NCBI RefSeq assembly: GCF_009914755.1
Contig: NC_060945.1
Strand: one strand, 5' to 3'
DNA from: the human T2T-CHM13v2.0 reference genome, Homo sapiens
DNA: 64,000 bases
Numbering within the stretch: the stretch's first letter is position 1; every line of letters begins with the position of its first letter. The notes under the pieces were generated by a model. It saw nothing but the letters and a program-made list of their open reading frames with translations. It was not told the origin of the DNA and did not search any database. The position numbers were made by a program, and so were the translations under genes. Positions 1 through 14,664 of the stretch are shown here, piece after piece.

Positions 1-52
1 CACAGGACAGCTACAGCTGCTCTGTAGCTCCACGTGGGACCGTCTTCTCTTT

Positions 53-160
53 GCTTACCAGCCCATCCCCAGTTCCAAGAAAACATGAGCTTCTTAAAAC
101 AAAGTTGAAAATCTAGCGGCTTTCGAGTCAGCTGGCAGTGTTTCTGCATTTTTAAAGCAG
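53..160 (-). other. Candidate minus-strand exon end (5' splice donor) in promoter-like unique sequence
   Basis: Minus strand reads CTG|GTAAGC at 61-53. A TTTAAAA tract lies at about 150-156 and CACGTG at 31-36. The first 480 bp has several CpGs and no recognisable repeat. Motif evidence only. Confidence 0.2.
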
Positions 161-644
161 GCTTGGATATCGGGGGCAGCTTAGTGTTCACTCTGTAACT
201 GACCTCTCTGAGCCAAGTTCAGCGTGGTGTGAGTTATCAAACCTGACAGCCTTTTGGCAAGCCTTTGAAGGCTCTCAGGCCAGACTCCCTTCCAAGCTCA
301 GCTGGGATCAATTAGGATAAATAATAGTTCCTGCAATTGTTAGTTTCTACCATGCTTTTTAAAAGTATTTAGTGTGCAATAATGCAATTTATGGCTTACC
401 GGTACCACGCTATCCATTCAAAACAAAATAAGATCAAATCGAAAGGTTAAAATGTCCTGAGAGTTGCAGAACGATACGCTGAGGAAAAAGTACCAGAGAG
501 GCCAATATTTTGACCATTCTTTTCTCTCCACATTTATCTAAAACATAAGTAAACATAAATACAAAACTATAAGATTTCTTCAAAATCTGGATTCTCACCC
601 CAACAGCCATATTTTGACAGTCTGGTTAAAACATAAACCATAAA

Positions 645-674
645 TACACACACATACACACACACACATACACA
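645..674. repeat. Imperfect (CA)n microsatellite
   Basis: Seen directly in sequence. Confidence 0.9.
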
Positions 675-987
675 ATCAAGGACTTTTAACTGCCCTCAGC
701 AACCAAAGAGATCTGCTAGTAAACAATGCGGATTTTTACTTCTAGGGCAAAAAAATGAATTTAAGCTCAAGCTACTGGTGAATAGCAAACGGAAGGTACT
801 CTATAGAAGCTAACAGAACAATAGCAAATGATAATTTTCTATAGCAAGAGTAATGCCATATTCAATAATGCTAATGTTCTGGCTTCATGTGAACCAAGTT
901 TTGCTTTTACTGGGTGTTTCTCTTCATGTGGCCCAGGGCAAGGTATTGCAACTATTTCATGCTGAACTTTAAAACTCAACGGTTTGC

Positions 988-1287
988 GGCCGGGAGTGGT
1001 GGCTCACGCCTGTAATCTCAACACTTTGGGAGGCCGAGGAGGGCGGAATACGAGGTCAGGAGATTGAGACCTTCCTGGCTAACATGGTGAAACCCCGTCT
1101 CTACTAAAAATAAAAAAAATTTAGCTGGGCGTGGTGGCGGGTGCCTGTAATTCCAGCTACTCGGGAGGCTGAGGCAGGAGAATGGCATGAACCCGGGAGG
1201 CAGAGCTTGCATCTCGCCACTGCACTCCAGCCTGGGCGACAGACCGAGACTCTGTCTCAAAAAAAAAAAAAAAAAAAAACCAAAAAA
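988..1287 (+). mobile_element. AluY-type SINE with an 11-bp deletion in the right arm
   Basis: Starts GGCCGGGAGTGGTGGCTCAC, has AluY diagnostics (CCTGGCTAAC, GGCATGAACCCGGG, GAGCTTGCA) and a poly-A tail. TT/AAAA site at 969-974. Degenerate TSD AAAACTCAACGGTTTGC / AACACGCAACTGTTTCC. Confidence 0.95.
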
Positions 1288-3269
1288 CACGCAACTGTTT
1301 CCAAGAGGTTTCTTTTTTGACCTCAGTTCTTCAGTTGCTACTGGAGTCATGAAACTCTCATGTCACTTCTTTAATGTAGGTTTGACTTCGGTCTGTCATA
1401 AAATGTTACTTCTTGTTTAAAACAATTGTAAGTTAAAATGTTACTCAACATTTGCCTCGCGTTTTCTGCTTCACTTGGAGTCTTCTATTTTGGCCTCACA
1501 TGCTTAAATTTTTTACAAGCAAGATTTATTGTTAATAGGAATGTCTGGGTTTTTGTTTCCTTTTTCATTCGGAGATAAAAAGTTATTTGAAGTCCTATTA
1601 TAGAAAACTTTTACATAAGTCACAAGAATTAAGAATTTTTTTCCAGGTAGATTTTCCCATTAAATGAATATCTCTGTTAATTTAGAATGATAGTCAAAAA
1701 TGGTATGAATACTGTGGATAAAATAATTTAATAATGTTTACATCCAAAGAGTCCCTTGAATGCAATTGATCGTTGGCTCCTAAAGTCAGCTAGAGTATTC
1801 TTTCAGTAATGTCCCTGGTAACTGCTAAGGATACACTAATGCTTAGATATGCATCTTTGCTCTTCCAAAGCTAACTACTATGCCTAGATGACTTATGTGC
1901 TCTCTCCAGCTCAACCTCTAAATTTACACAGTTGTTGGAACTGCGACTGAATGCCAAAACACAGTCCATTTTGTAGAGCGTATTTTAAAATGAGCACAAT
2001 ATATCATTTGGTTAAGTAATGCATAGAGTATTTCACTGTTCTTCAATATAAAGACTCCGAATATGGGGTGTGTGTGTTTGTGTGTGCACACATGTGCTTG
2101 TGCGTGTACACACTATTAAATGACTCTGAAGAACACGGTGTAACATATGTTCAAATTATCTTACAGATCTTTTTTTATTGCTGACTTGTAATTGAAAGCT
2201 AATGAAAAATATACTACCAAATTTAGGGTAGCAAAAATATTTAATTCTGCTTAACTTAACAAATATTTATAGCCTTAATATTTTCACAGTTTGAAATATG
2301 GGAGACACGAAAGATAGAAGGCTTAGTTTCTAGTCATAAGGGAATTTAGAATTCTCATGAAAATTTTCCATAGAAAAATAATAAAGAAGTAGCATTAAAA
2401 GATGGCTAATAATCCAAAGTGAGTGCTCACAAATAGCAGTTACCGTAACAGGAAGAAGGAAGGGCTGATTATGGATTGACATATTTATGGAAGATCTCAA
2501 TCACAAATGGATAATTGCCTCTAAATAATATAGACATGACTTTAGTGACAACATATTGTAGCATATTTTACTCCTGCAAATGATATTCATCAATTATGTT
2601 ATCTTGTTTATCTATACAATTTTTCTTATACTTATTTCAATAGAAATCAATTATGCCCTGAGGATAAGAATCTTTGATGACTCACTATGTCTATTTTGCA
2701 CAGATTTTCTAAAGGCAAACACCAATAGAAACCACTCTATAGTTCAAGGCTAGGTCCAGAGTTTTGGGTTAGAAGTGTTTGCTTGTATTTTTGTCAGTTT
2801 GTTTTGCTTTTTACATAAATAACATTATTTTTAAATTAGGCATATTTTTCTTTATTTTTTTTCTATTAATGTAACTTCAATATTTTTAATTCATTCTTCA
2901 GTTTTTCTTCTATTTTTTATTTGGGGCTTAGTATATAACTTTCAAATTTACATGTTTATATAAATGCAATTAATTTAATATTCTTTAAAAATCTTTCTTC
3001 TAGTGTTTTAGCATTATCATTTTACTACTTAATGCTAATATATAAAACAAAATTAATAAAATTGTAAATCTATGATGTTACATCTTCTGCAATTTACTTT
3101 AAAATAGTTCAAAGTAAGCAGCGGCATGTGTATAGGTAGAAAAGTTAATTGCAATCTACAACCTAGAGCTTTTAGATCACACTTCAAAGATGTTATCTGA
3201 AATCCACATTCTATAATTAGCTAACAAAAGCACATAAAATATTACTAACTTAATGTACACCAGCAGGTA

Positions 3270-3528
3270 GTCTGATAGTTTGTCTCCAAAGATGGCACCA
3301 AAGGAGCCAGCCTTCCAGATTCTGTGCAGTTTTTGCCCACGAAGAATGGTGAGATAATTCTGGACCTACACTTTAAGAAAGGCTGTTGATTTTTAATTTT
3401 GAGATCTTGGGAATGTTGAGCAGCCATAAAAGATGTCCAGTTACACCTGCTGGAGATACTGTGTGAGATACCCTAAGACCATGTATATTAGGGTTTTATA
3501 GAAGGACAGAACTAATAGGATAGATGTG

Positions 3529-3570
<42 letters not shown>

Positions 3571-4075
3571 GGGGAGTTTATTGAGGAGTATTGACTCACA
3601 CGATCACAAGGTGAGGTCTCACAATAGGCCATCTGCCAGCTGAGGAGCAAGGAAGCCCGTCCGAATCCCAAAGCTGAAGCACTTGCAGTCTGATGTTCGA
3701 TGGCAGGAAGCATCCAGCGCAGGAGAGAGATGTAGGCCAGAAGACTAAACCAGTCTAGTCTTTTCACATTCTTCTGCCTGCTTTTATTCTGGCCATTACT
3801 GGCAGCTGTTTAGATTGTGTCCACCCAGATTGAGGGTGGGTCTGTCTTTCCCAGTCCACTGACTCAAATGTTAATCTCCTTTGGCAACACCCTCGCACAC
3901 ACACCCAGGAACAATACTTTGCATCCTTCAATCCAATCAAGTTGACACTCAATATTAACCATCACACCATGTAACAAAGAGAAAGACACAGTTGTCTCCA
4001 TGTTCCAGTTGAGCTTGTAACGACAGCCAATCCAGGCACTTTCTCAATGCAACTACATGAGAAATCCCAAGAGAA
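3270..4075 (+). mobile_element. Old MLT1 (G/H-like) MaLR LTR interrupted by MLT2A1
   Basis: MLT1-like start TCCAAAGATGGCACC. The sequence resumes after the MLT2A1 TSD. Confidence 0.5.
3484..3966 (-). mobile_element. MLT2A1 solo LTR (HERV-L)
   Basis: Reverse complement starts TGTGATGGTTAATATTGAGTGTCAACTTGATTGGATTGAAGG. Perfect 5-bp TSD CCATG at 3479-3483 and 3967-3971. Internal (TA)n(CA)n at 3529-3570. Confidence 0.92.
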
Positions 4076-4591
4076 ACAAGCAAAAAAATGAAGCGCATTG
4101 AGAAGAACCGAAGACTTAGCAATAAAGAAACAAGTTAAAGTAGGGAGAAAACAAACAAACAAAAACAAAGGAAACAAGCCATCATTGGAGGCTGAATGCA
4201 TTACTTTCTCAGCCTGATAAAATGTATTTGCAAAAAAAAAAAAAACCTTATGGTGAACATACTTAATGGTGAAAAAGCTCATCCTGCTTAAGATCAGAAA
4301 CAGGGCAATAATGTCCATCTTTAGCATTTTTATTCAGCACTGCACTAAAAGACTTGGCCAGTGGAAGAAGGTAAGAAAAAAATAAATCAAAACAATACAT
4401 ATTTGTTTGCAAATGGCATAATAATTTATATACACAATTTTAAATAATTTGCAAAATATATCTTACAACCCATAAGTAAATTTAATAAGATTACAGGTAT
4501 GTGGTAAATATACAACAGTCATATATTTTAATATAATAATAATAAACAATTACAAAATGAGATACAAAGACACATCTCTTAAAACAATACC

Positions 4592-4853
4592 GTACTGGGT
4601 TAAATTCTCCCACAAATTCATGTCTTGTGAATGTGATCTTATTCGGAAATAGGTTTTTGGCAGATATAATCAAGTTAAAATATGGTCATGCTAGAGTAGG
4701 GCTCGACCTGATAAAAAGAAAGAAATTTGGATGCAGAGACACCAGCACAGGGAGGGAAGAATACCACGTGAATACGGAGACTGAGATTGGAGGGATGAGT
4801 TGACAAGCCAAGGAAGACAAAGATTGCCAGAAAAAAACAGAAGCCAGTAGAAA
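4592..4853 (+). mobile_element. MLT1C/MLT1B-like LTR, 5' part
   Basis: GTGAATGTGATCTTATTCGGAAATAGG...AATCAAGTTAA and ACAAGCCAAGGAA...GATTGCCAG. Confidence 0.7.
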
Positions 4854-4859
4854 CGTTAT

Positions 4860-5445
4860 GTTGTTTAATTTTTAATTTTCGATTTTTATGGGTACATAGT
4901 AGGTGTATGCATTTATCAGTACCTGAGATATTTTGATACAGACATACAATGTGTAATAATCACATCAGGGTAAATAGGGTACCCGTCACCTCAGGTACTT
5001 ATCATTTTCCTTGTGTTACAAATATTTCAATTATACTGTTTTGGTTATTTTTAAATGTACGATAAATTATTGTTGGCTGTAGCTACCATGTTGTTGTATC
5101 AACAGGTATTAACCCTATAAACCTGTATTTTTGTACCCATTAACCATCCACATTCCCCACTCCCACTATCCTTCCAAGCCTCTGGTAACCATCAATCTAT
5201 TCTCCCTCTCCATGAGTTCAATTGTTTTAATTTTTAGCTCTCGCAAAAAAGTGAGAATATATGAAGTTTGTCTTTCTGTGTATGGCTTATTTCACTTAAC
5301 ATAATGACCTCCAGTTCCATCCATGTTGTTGCAAATGACAGGATTTCATTCTTTCTATTGCTGAATAGTACTCCATTGTGTATCTGTACTGCATTTTATT
5401 TATCCATTCAATTCTTGATAACACTTAGGCTGCTTTCAAATTTTG
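4860..5445 (-). mobile_element. L1MA (MA2/MA3-like) 3' end
   Basis: GGGTACATAGTAGGTGTA...GATATTTTGATACAG...CTCTGGTAACCATC...CCAGTTCCATCCATGTTGTTGCAAATGACAGGAT. Confidence 0.85.
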
Positions 5446-5642
5446 GAAGCCAAAAGAATTTTTGAGGAAATCAACCAGACAACTGTCAAATTTATACGGA
5501 AACACAAAGGACCTTCAATAGCCAAAATAATTTTTAAAAAGAAAAGATTTTGAGGGCCTACAGGTTATGATTTTAAGATTATAAAGCTGTGTTATAAGAC
5601 AATGCAGCAAAGCATTAGAAAAAAGATGGAACAGGATATAAC

Positions 5643-6021
5643 TGTATTAGTCTGTTCCCTCACTACTATAAAGAACTACCTGAAACTGGGTAATTTATAA
5701 AGAAAAGAGATTTCATTTGTTCACAGTTGGGAAGCTGTATGGGAAGCATGTTTGGGGAGACCTCAGGAAACTTTCAACCATGACGGAAGGTGAAGGGCAA
5801 GCAGTCACGTCTTACATGGCCAGAGCAGGAGGAAGAGAGAGTGGGGAGGTGTTACACACTTTTGAACAACCAGATCTCATAACTCACTCGCTGTCATAAC
5901 AACAACACCAAAGGGAAAATCTGTCCCCATGAACCAATCACTCCCCACCAGGCCCCACCTCCAACATTGGGGATTTCAATTTGACATGATTTGGGTGGGG
6001 ACACAGACTCAAACTGTATCA
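5643..6021 (-). mobile_element. THE1D/MSTA-type MaLR solo LTR
   Basis: Termini TGTATTAGTC...AAACTGTATCA, internal CCAGGCCCCACCTCCAACATTGGGG. Confidence 0.9.
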
Positions 6022-6341
6022 ACACCCAAACACATATAGTCAATTGCTTTTTTGAAAAAGTTCAAGGACATTTAATGGGGAAAAAAGTATCTTCAATAAA
6101 CTAGTGCTAGGACAACTGAATATCAGCCTAAAAGTTGTGTATCTATTCTTACCTCACCCCATCTACAAAATTAACTCAAAATGGATTATAGATTTAACAT
6201 ATGAGCTGAAATATAAACTTAACAAAAGAAAAGGTAGGCATATATCTTTATCATCTTGTATAGCACTGACCATGCGAGAAAAAAGAATAAATTGACCTTA
6301 TATGGGACTTATATATTCAAATTTTACAAAAGAAAAAACTT

Positions 6342-6767
<426 letters not shown>

Positions 6768-6829
6768 TCAGGTATACAGAAATTATAACTAAAGTGAAAT
6801 ATTACTACACAAACAGAAAATCTCATCAA

Positions 6830-7196
6830 AACAACTTTTGATGATTTGACATATAACTTTTTTTACTTTAAAATGGTGCAAAAGCAATACACATTCAGTA
6901 GAAAGCAGTAGAAAACCCTCTTGGGATGTTGGACAGTGGCGGGGAGCTAAGGCTTCCAGTCAGCCACAAGATCACCAGAGTAAACAAGAGATACTCTACA
7001 GTTTGCTGTGTTGCCAGATGATTTTGCTCAAGTGTAGAATAATGTAAGTGTTGTGAGCCTGTTTAAGGTAGGCTAGGCTAAGCTATGACGTTTGATAGTT
7101 AAAGTGTATTAAAAATGCATTTTCAACTTGTGATATTTTCAACTTAACAATGGATTTATTGGGGCATAACCCCATCGTGAGTCGGGGAGCATCTAG
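6830..7196 (-). mobile_element. MER47 (TcMar-Tigger non-autonomous DNA transposon)
   Basis: Ends AACCCCATCGTGAGTCGGGGAGCATCT, internal AGGTAGGCTAGGCTAAGCTATGA. Confidence 0.8.
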
Positions 7197-8279
7197 TACT
7201 AAAATGGCTAAAAGTAAGACCAACAATATCAGGTGTTAGAACGGAGAGCAACAGGAAAACACCACCAAAGAACTACCTGAAACTGGGTAATTTATAAAGA
7301 AAAGTTATTTATAACTCATAAACTGCTGATACATATAAAATATATAAAATGAAACAACTAATTTGCAAAAGACATTGTGGTATAATCACACAACCCTAGT
7401 TGGAAATAAAAGATATGAATTACTGATACCCCAAATGACACAGAGAAATCTCAAAAGCACCACGCTGAACAAAAGGAGTCAGACACAAGAGCACACATCT
7501 ATTTGAATCCATTTACGTGACATCTAGGACAGGCAGAACACCAGTCGACAATGACTGAATTCATATCCATTGGTGCCTGTGTTGAGGACTGGGGAAGATT
7601 GTCTACAGAAGAGCATAAAGGAACACTTTGAGAAGATAAAAATGATCTAATTTTCAATTGTGGTGGTTGCATTGATATGTACAGTTAGCAAAACTTATCA
7701 AAGTGTACTCTTAATGTGGTCATTTAATTATATGTAAATCATACCTCAATAAAAGTCAATTTCCTTCAAAAATACCACAAAAAGATACCACCAACAGGGA
7801 GTAGAATGACTAAAATTTGTTAAAGATTTACCATAAGTCCTTTCTGTTGGAGATTATGTGCAGTAACAAGAAACTTTTGTATATTTTGACTGAAGGTATA
7901 AATAGCACAGCTACTTTGGAAAACAACTGTTCTATTTAAAACAGTTTACATAATGTTAAAAATAAAAATATCACATGACTCAGTAATATCATTCTGATAA
8001 GAAAAATAAAAATGTATCTATCATAAGATCTGTACAAAAATGTTCATAACATTTCAAATATCCCCAAACTGAACACCCTAAATGTCCATTAACAGCTAAA
8101 GAGATAAAGAAATTATACTATATTCACATAATGGAATATTACTGAACTATAAGAAAAAACTCCTGATATATGCAATTGATTCATAGAGGAATCTTAAAAC
8201 ATTATGCTGAGGAAAAGGAGCCAAACACATAAGCATACAAATTAAATGATTCATATATATATATAACTCTAAAACATAA

Positions 8280-9280
<1,001 letters not shown>

Positions 9281-9676
9281 CCTATTTAAAAGGGGAAAAA
9301 TCATTTTACGGTTGCCTGACAGAAAGCATTAGTCTTTTCTACAGAGTCATGAATGACACTTTTGGGATTATGGGAATGTTCTAAATGATTAGGGTAGTGG
9401 TTACGTGAGTGCATATATTTTTTAAAATTTACACAACCATACACTCAAAATGGATGAATTTTAATTACACTTCAATAAATTTGATTAGAAATAATTTCAA
9501 AGGCATATTTTAGCAGAGGGGGGCATTAGGTAGACTTGGTAATTGTTGACTTAGAAAAAAAAGATGTATTTGGAAATAGCAAGAATACAAAGCTCACAAG
9601 CTGTTCGTGGTATTGGCAGCACTCTTATCCCCAATGAATGACCCTCCCTTACGCATGCACTTCGGGCTATATCTTT

Positions 9677-9903
9677 CTTTAAATTTTCATCTTTTGTGGG
9701 TACATAGTAGGTGTACATATTTATGGGAGACTTGAAATATTTTGATACAGGCATACAATGTATAATAATCCCATCGAGTTAAATGGGAGTATCCATCACC
9801 TCAAGGACTTATCCTTTCTTTGTGTTACAAACAATCCCATTATACACGGTTAGTTATTTTAAAATATACAACACATTATTGTTGACTGTAGTTTGAATGA
9901 GAT
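9677..9903 (-). mobile_element. 5'-truncated L1MA 3' end with 17-bp TSD
   Basis: L1MA 3' motif. TSD CTTCGGGCTATATCTTT (9660-9676) / CTTTGGGCCATATCTTT (9904-9920). Confidence 0.85.
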
Positions 9904-12900
9904 CTTTGGGCCATATCTTTGTAGTGCTCGTCCACTTCATTTGACCCATGTTAAGACAGTCAATGTAATGTAAAGTTGAGGTTTGCATTACATTTCTGCT
10001 CTGGCACTCTTATTTGGCTGCACTTACTCACTCCAATGACTCTGCACTCAACAAAAAGAAATTCATTAGGCTGGAATTCTGTATAGAAGGGAGACAGGCC
10101 TGAGAGAGCTCCCTTTTCCTAGCCATCCTAGATAAGTCATTTGCAGATCATCCCCTAGCCATTTAACACATTCACATGTGAGGAAAAGATTTCCCCAGCA
10201 GAGTCCAGCCTAAATGTTGATCCACAGTGAATTCACTTTTAGGATGGTTTTTATGGTCTATGGAGTACTTCATATCAAAAATAATTTTTAACTAAAATGA
10301 TTTTTATGTAATTTATACTTTCTCCTAGTAAACATATTTTGACATTATAATTTAAAAGAGATGGACTCAAGTGTTTAATGGGCCAAGATTTTCCTATATA
10401 GGTTAGAAATTTAGGGTTAGAAAAGACTGTTTTAAGCCACGAAGTTAAATTTTTGAATAAATTAATACCAACTGTGACTCATATTGTTGGTGTATTTTGC
10501 TTTACATCAATAAGTTGGTAGTAGATGTATGTGGAGTTAAGTCGTGGATGATTCTTCGGTTTAAATTATTTTCTTGTTTCTGTGGGATCCCATGACTTTC
10601 CAGACATCACTCACCTCTATTATCTTTATTTATATTTTTTTTTTGGCTTATTTCAAAGTAAAATGGTTATTTCTTACCCTAGTTGTTTCCCTCCCTCTCT
10701 TGATTTCTATTCCCTGGCCATGCTTTCACCTGATGAAACATGGTCCAGGGCTAGGCAAAATTCTGTGAAAAACAGTATTTGGTGTAATGATATTTCCCTT
10801 GAATTTTAGATTTCTAAGTAGAGAGCCTTGTTGTTAATATCTTCTTCCAGTGGAATCCATTAGACTAAGAAGTAATTATACCTTATAAAATAAAAATACT
10901 ATCAAGTTCAAACCAATTTTTTTTTCTATTTTTTGATAAGAGGAAAAAGGGGGGCAGGCATTATTTTTAACCTGCTTTTATTATGAAATACTCAAAGCAT
11001 AATAGCTGATGTGCCAAATAAAGTCTTTGGCAGATGATTATTAAAAGCACATGGATTCAAAGGGCTTGTAGGAGTGGAAAAATGACAAGTCAATATCAGA
11101 TACATCATCTTCTTATGTACTTTACTCATTTCTATTACCCGGAATCATTAAGGATAGTATTCTTAAATGTCATGCTGCAAATTAAATTTTATCATAAACC
11201 TGATTTTAAGCCTTTAGTATTAGAAGGAAAAGCAAAAACTATTATTTTCTGACCACAATACTGAATACAAGTATTACCATTATTATTAACATATGTAGTG
11301 GTGATTGAGAAATTTTAAAATTAGTTTTTTGTAGTAAGCTACGCTTTTGATTTCTCAAGTATTTTCTACTGCTTCATGATTTAAATATTTGCTCTTCTTT
11401 AAAACACCCACTTAAAAAAAGTTACCACTTCTAGAAATGTTTAACTTCAAGTTTGTCACTTTTAATACTTGCCCATACCAATCAAACTTAGATTTCCTAT
11501 CTGGCCTACTATTCCTCCAAAAAAACAGGGTATAATAAGAAGTGGTTGTTTCTTCTGACTGAAATTGAACATAGTATACAATACAGTATCCATTGCTCAC
11601 CAATATAACCAAAGCAGAAGTAACCACAAGCTACCTGGGCCCTTCTTGTTGGCCTGTCAGAATATATGTTACTACCATCCCACAAACCACCATATAAACT
11701 AACTTCAGCATAGTAATAAAGTCAACCAATTCTGGTCATCTGAAAGGCTTTGACCCTAATCCTGATCATGCCAGGGGAAGGGATGGATGGTAAGGTAACA
11801 AGAGCAGAGGTTTGTTTCTGTCATATCAAATGGCTGTTAGAGAAAAAGTTAGGTTCTTCTGTAATCTTGAAGCTTAGAAGCTCCACAGCTTGAGGGCTGC
11901 ACTCTTCTCCCAGAGCCTTTCATCCTACCCTGCCAGATCTCCTACAGCACTGGAATGAGTGTGGAGCTTGTGAGTTTTACCCAGTGAATGCTGCACTAAG
12001 AACCTGGGGTGGAAGAAAGGTGCTACTTAACCATTCATTGCTCTGATTTGTATGACTTATTGTTTATTACATATGTTTCATTTTTTATTGATTTCATAAT
12101 GAAAGCTTACCTTAAAATTTATACTCCTCCCATCCATTTTTCTTCACTTTTCTTTTTTTCTATTCTATATATTTAACCTCATCTTTTTTCAAATTGTGAG
12201 TATTTTAAACAAAGAGTTATGTATGAATGAGAGAAAATGTGAGAAAGAGCCATGAAACTACAGATACTATAAATTTCCATTAAAAATAAAATATTTTATT
12301 AGTTTTATTCTGGTGTTGTATTGTAGTTTTACTGTAATAAAACCATATTATCAGCAACATCCAATAGCATTAGAATAACTTAAGCCTGCAAAGATAGAAA
12401 ATATAGAGCACAAATATTCCACGGTGTTTAATAAATTATTCCAACCATCCATGTTTAAGCCAATGTTATTTTAATAAGAAATTTTCAGATCAGCTATTTA
12501 CAAAGCATAAACTATTCCCATCACTTTTATTCCACGAATTGACCTTCACAGTACAGAGCCATTTCCACATTCTTTTATTTCTCTTGGAAAATATATAGTG
12601 ATTATCAAGGTAGTTACTGCAAGAGTAAAAGATGAGAAAGTTACTTGAATATTACAAAAATAAAGTATCAATACATAGTATATGTAAGTTATTCTTATAA
12701 CAAGCACACGTAACTTTGACAAATGAATCTCAAAATTGTCAATGGAAATAAATTTACATCAGGTGTCCTTTTTCAATAAATTATTTCAGGAACGTGAACT
12801 ATTGTATTAAAGAGTATATTAATTCATCCTTTTTTGTCATTGCTTTTCCATGTTTTTATTGCTCTACCTTTCTTTGAGAGGCTAATATATAGAAATTGGA

Positions 12901-14664
12901 AGCTATTTTCCAATGGGCAGCATCAAATATCTTGGCTTATTTGCTGTTGGCATGGGGCTGGTCACATGTTCATGTTTTTCTTGGACTATTCAGCTGCCCC
13001 TCCAGCTTTGTGCAACATTGTTTTCCATGAATGAGCTTTGATTAAGATAATTTCATAGTTTAAACTATTATGTTGGAGAATTAACTTGTAACAATTTTAA
13101 CATAAAATGATTTATTATAATCTCAGGATTGGGTATTGGTCGAGGTTTCTATGTCATCTCCAATTGATTGTAGAGATCAATCATAAAGAATGTAGGGGAC
13201 AAGCAATAGTTTCCTTCCTCGACTATGACCCTTCCTGTCACTAGAAAAGATGGTCAAGGGGAAAGATTTAACAGAATAAACAGCATAGAATAATCCTAGA
13301 GTATTTTGATTTAAATTTTTTATAGTAAAAATAAACAAATGTAGAAATGTGTATTTCTAGATTTGCACAAAAGAACAAACAAAATTTATATAAACGCCTA
13401 CAACAATAACATTATTTGCTTATATTATATCTAGCTAGGAATTCATAATGAGTCTTAAGAATCTTTTTTCCAAACACTGATATTCTAACTCTGTAAATCT
13501 TGATTTTGTTTAAAATTTCAAGGAACAGTTTGGATATTTTCGTACTTACACACATACTTGTGTGTGTGAAATAAAATAGTTTAAATTTTTATCTCACACA
13601 TGCACATACACAAATGGATCATGTCAAGCTTTGTCTTAGAGAGAAGGAAAGGGAGAAGTGAAGAGAATATGAATAAAACTTTCTAGTTCTCTTTTGATTG
13701 GAGGAGTTGTTTTAATCAATGACTTCCTAGAGTTCCACTTACCAATTTAATAAGGTCAATACTTAATAAAGATAATTAAATATTCCATTAAAATATTAAA
13801 ATAATTTGGGCGATAGTATTTCCTACTTTTCAAATTTGGCTAGAGTATACTTCATTATAAAATAATGATTGATAAGCAACAACATCACAAGTGTGGTATA
13901 TTGAAACTGCCTACATCAAAGAAATAGAAGATTTATATGATGACTTTATGACTTAAAACAAATTCCTAGTTATAATTTGAAAGAGAAAAAATTACGTTCA
14001 TTTGAATTAATAATTAATTACTATTATGATTAATCCATCTGTAATTGAAGTCAAGGAGAAGGGAAACTTGAATTACTAAAAGTCAAAATATTAGAATCGC
14101 CATAACAAAATATATTTTAACAATATGCCATACTGATTTTAATTATATCAATACATATTTTTCTATCAGAAGTCCTAAGAAATGTCTTCGTATCACTGAA
14201 TTGCATTTTATTTCTAAGTACTAGCAGTTGTTTGCAAAATTTGTCCTATTCAGATTTTAAATTCCCCCTGTAGTCTTTCTTTCCCTAATGACTTAGGCAT
14301 ATACTAAATGTGCTATACATATACTGAAATGCCTTCATAATTCAAAATATGCATTATGAATCTCAACTATTAAAGTGTGTTTAATGTACACATAAATTCT
14401 CAAGGACTACTGAAATATGTGAAGTTATTTGATCCTCTAATAAGTATACGAAATCTCCATGTTTTGTAGTGTATCTGTTTTCTGTTTTATCGGTCAATTC
14501 TTAACCGTCCATTGGTCTGTTTTTTATAACCTGCCCTTTTTTGAAAAAGAAACAAAAAAGCCATGTTGGCTCAGTGAATTCTAATTTTATAGATTATATT
14601 AAGACAGTAGAGACTGAGGGAGCCTTCTTTCTTTATAGACTAACGCAATGTAATAAAAGAATCT

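Noticed and set aside
1018-1420. ORFs overlapping Alus (also 6402-6755, 8373, 17573, 18453, 22922, 30491, 36197, 47570)
   Set aside because: These are typical Alu-derived translations ([17 protein letters not shown]), not genes.
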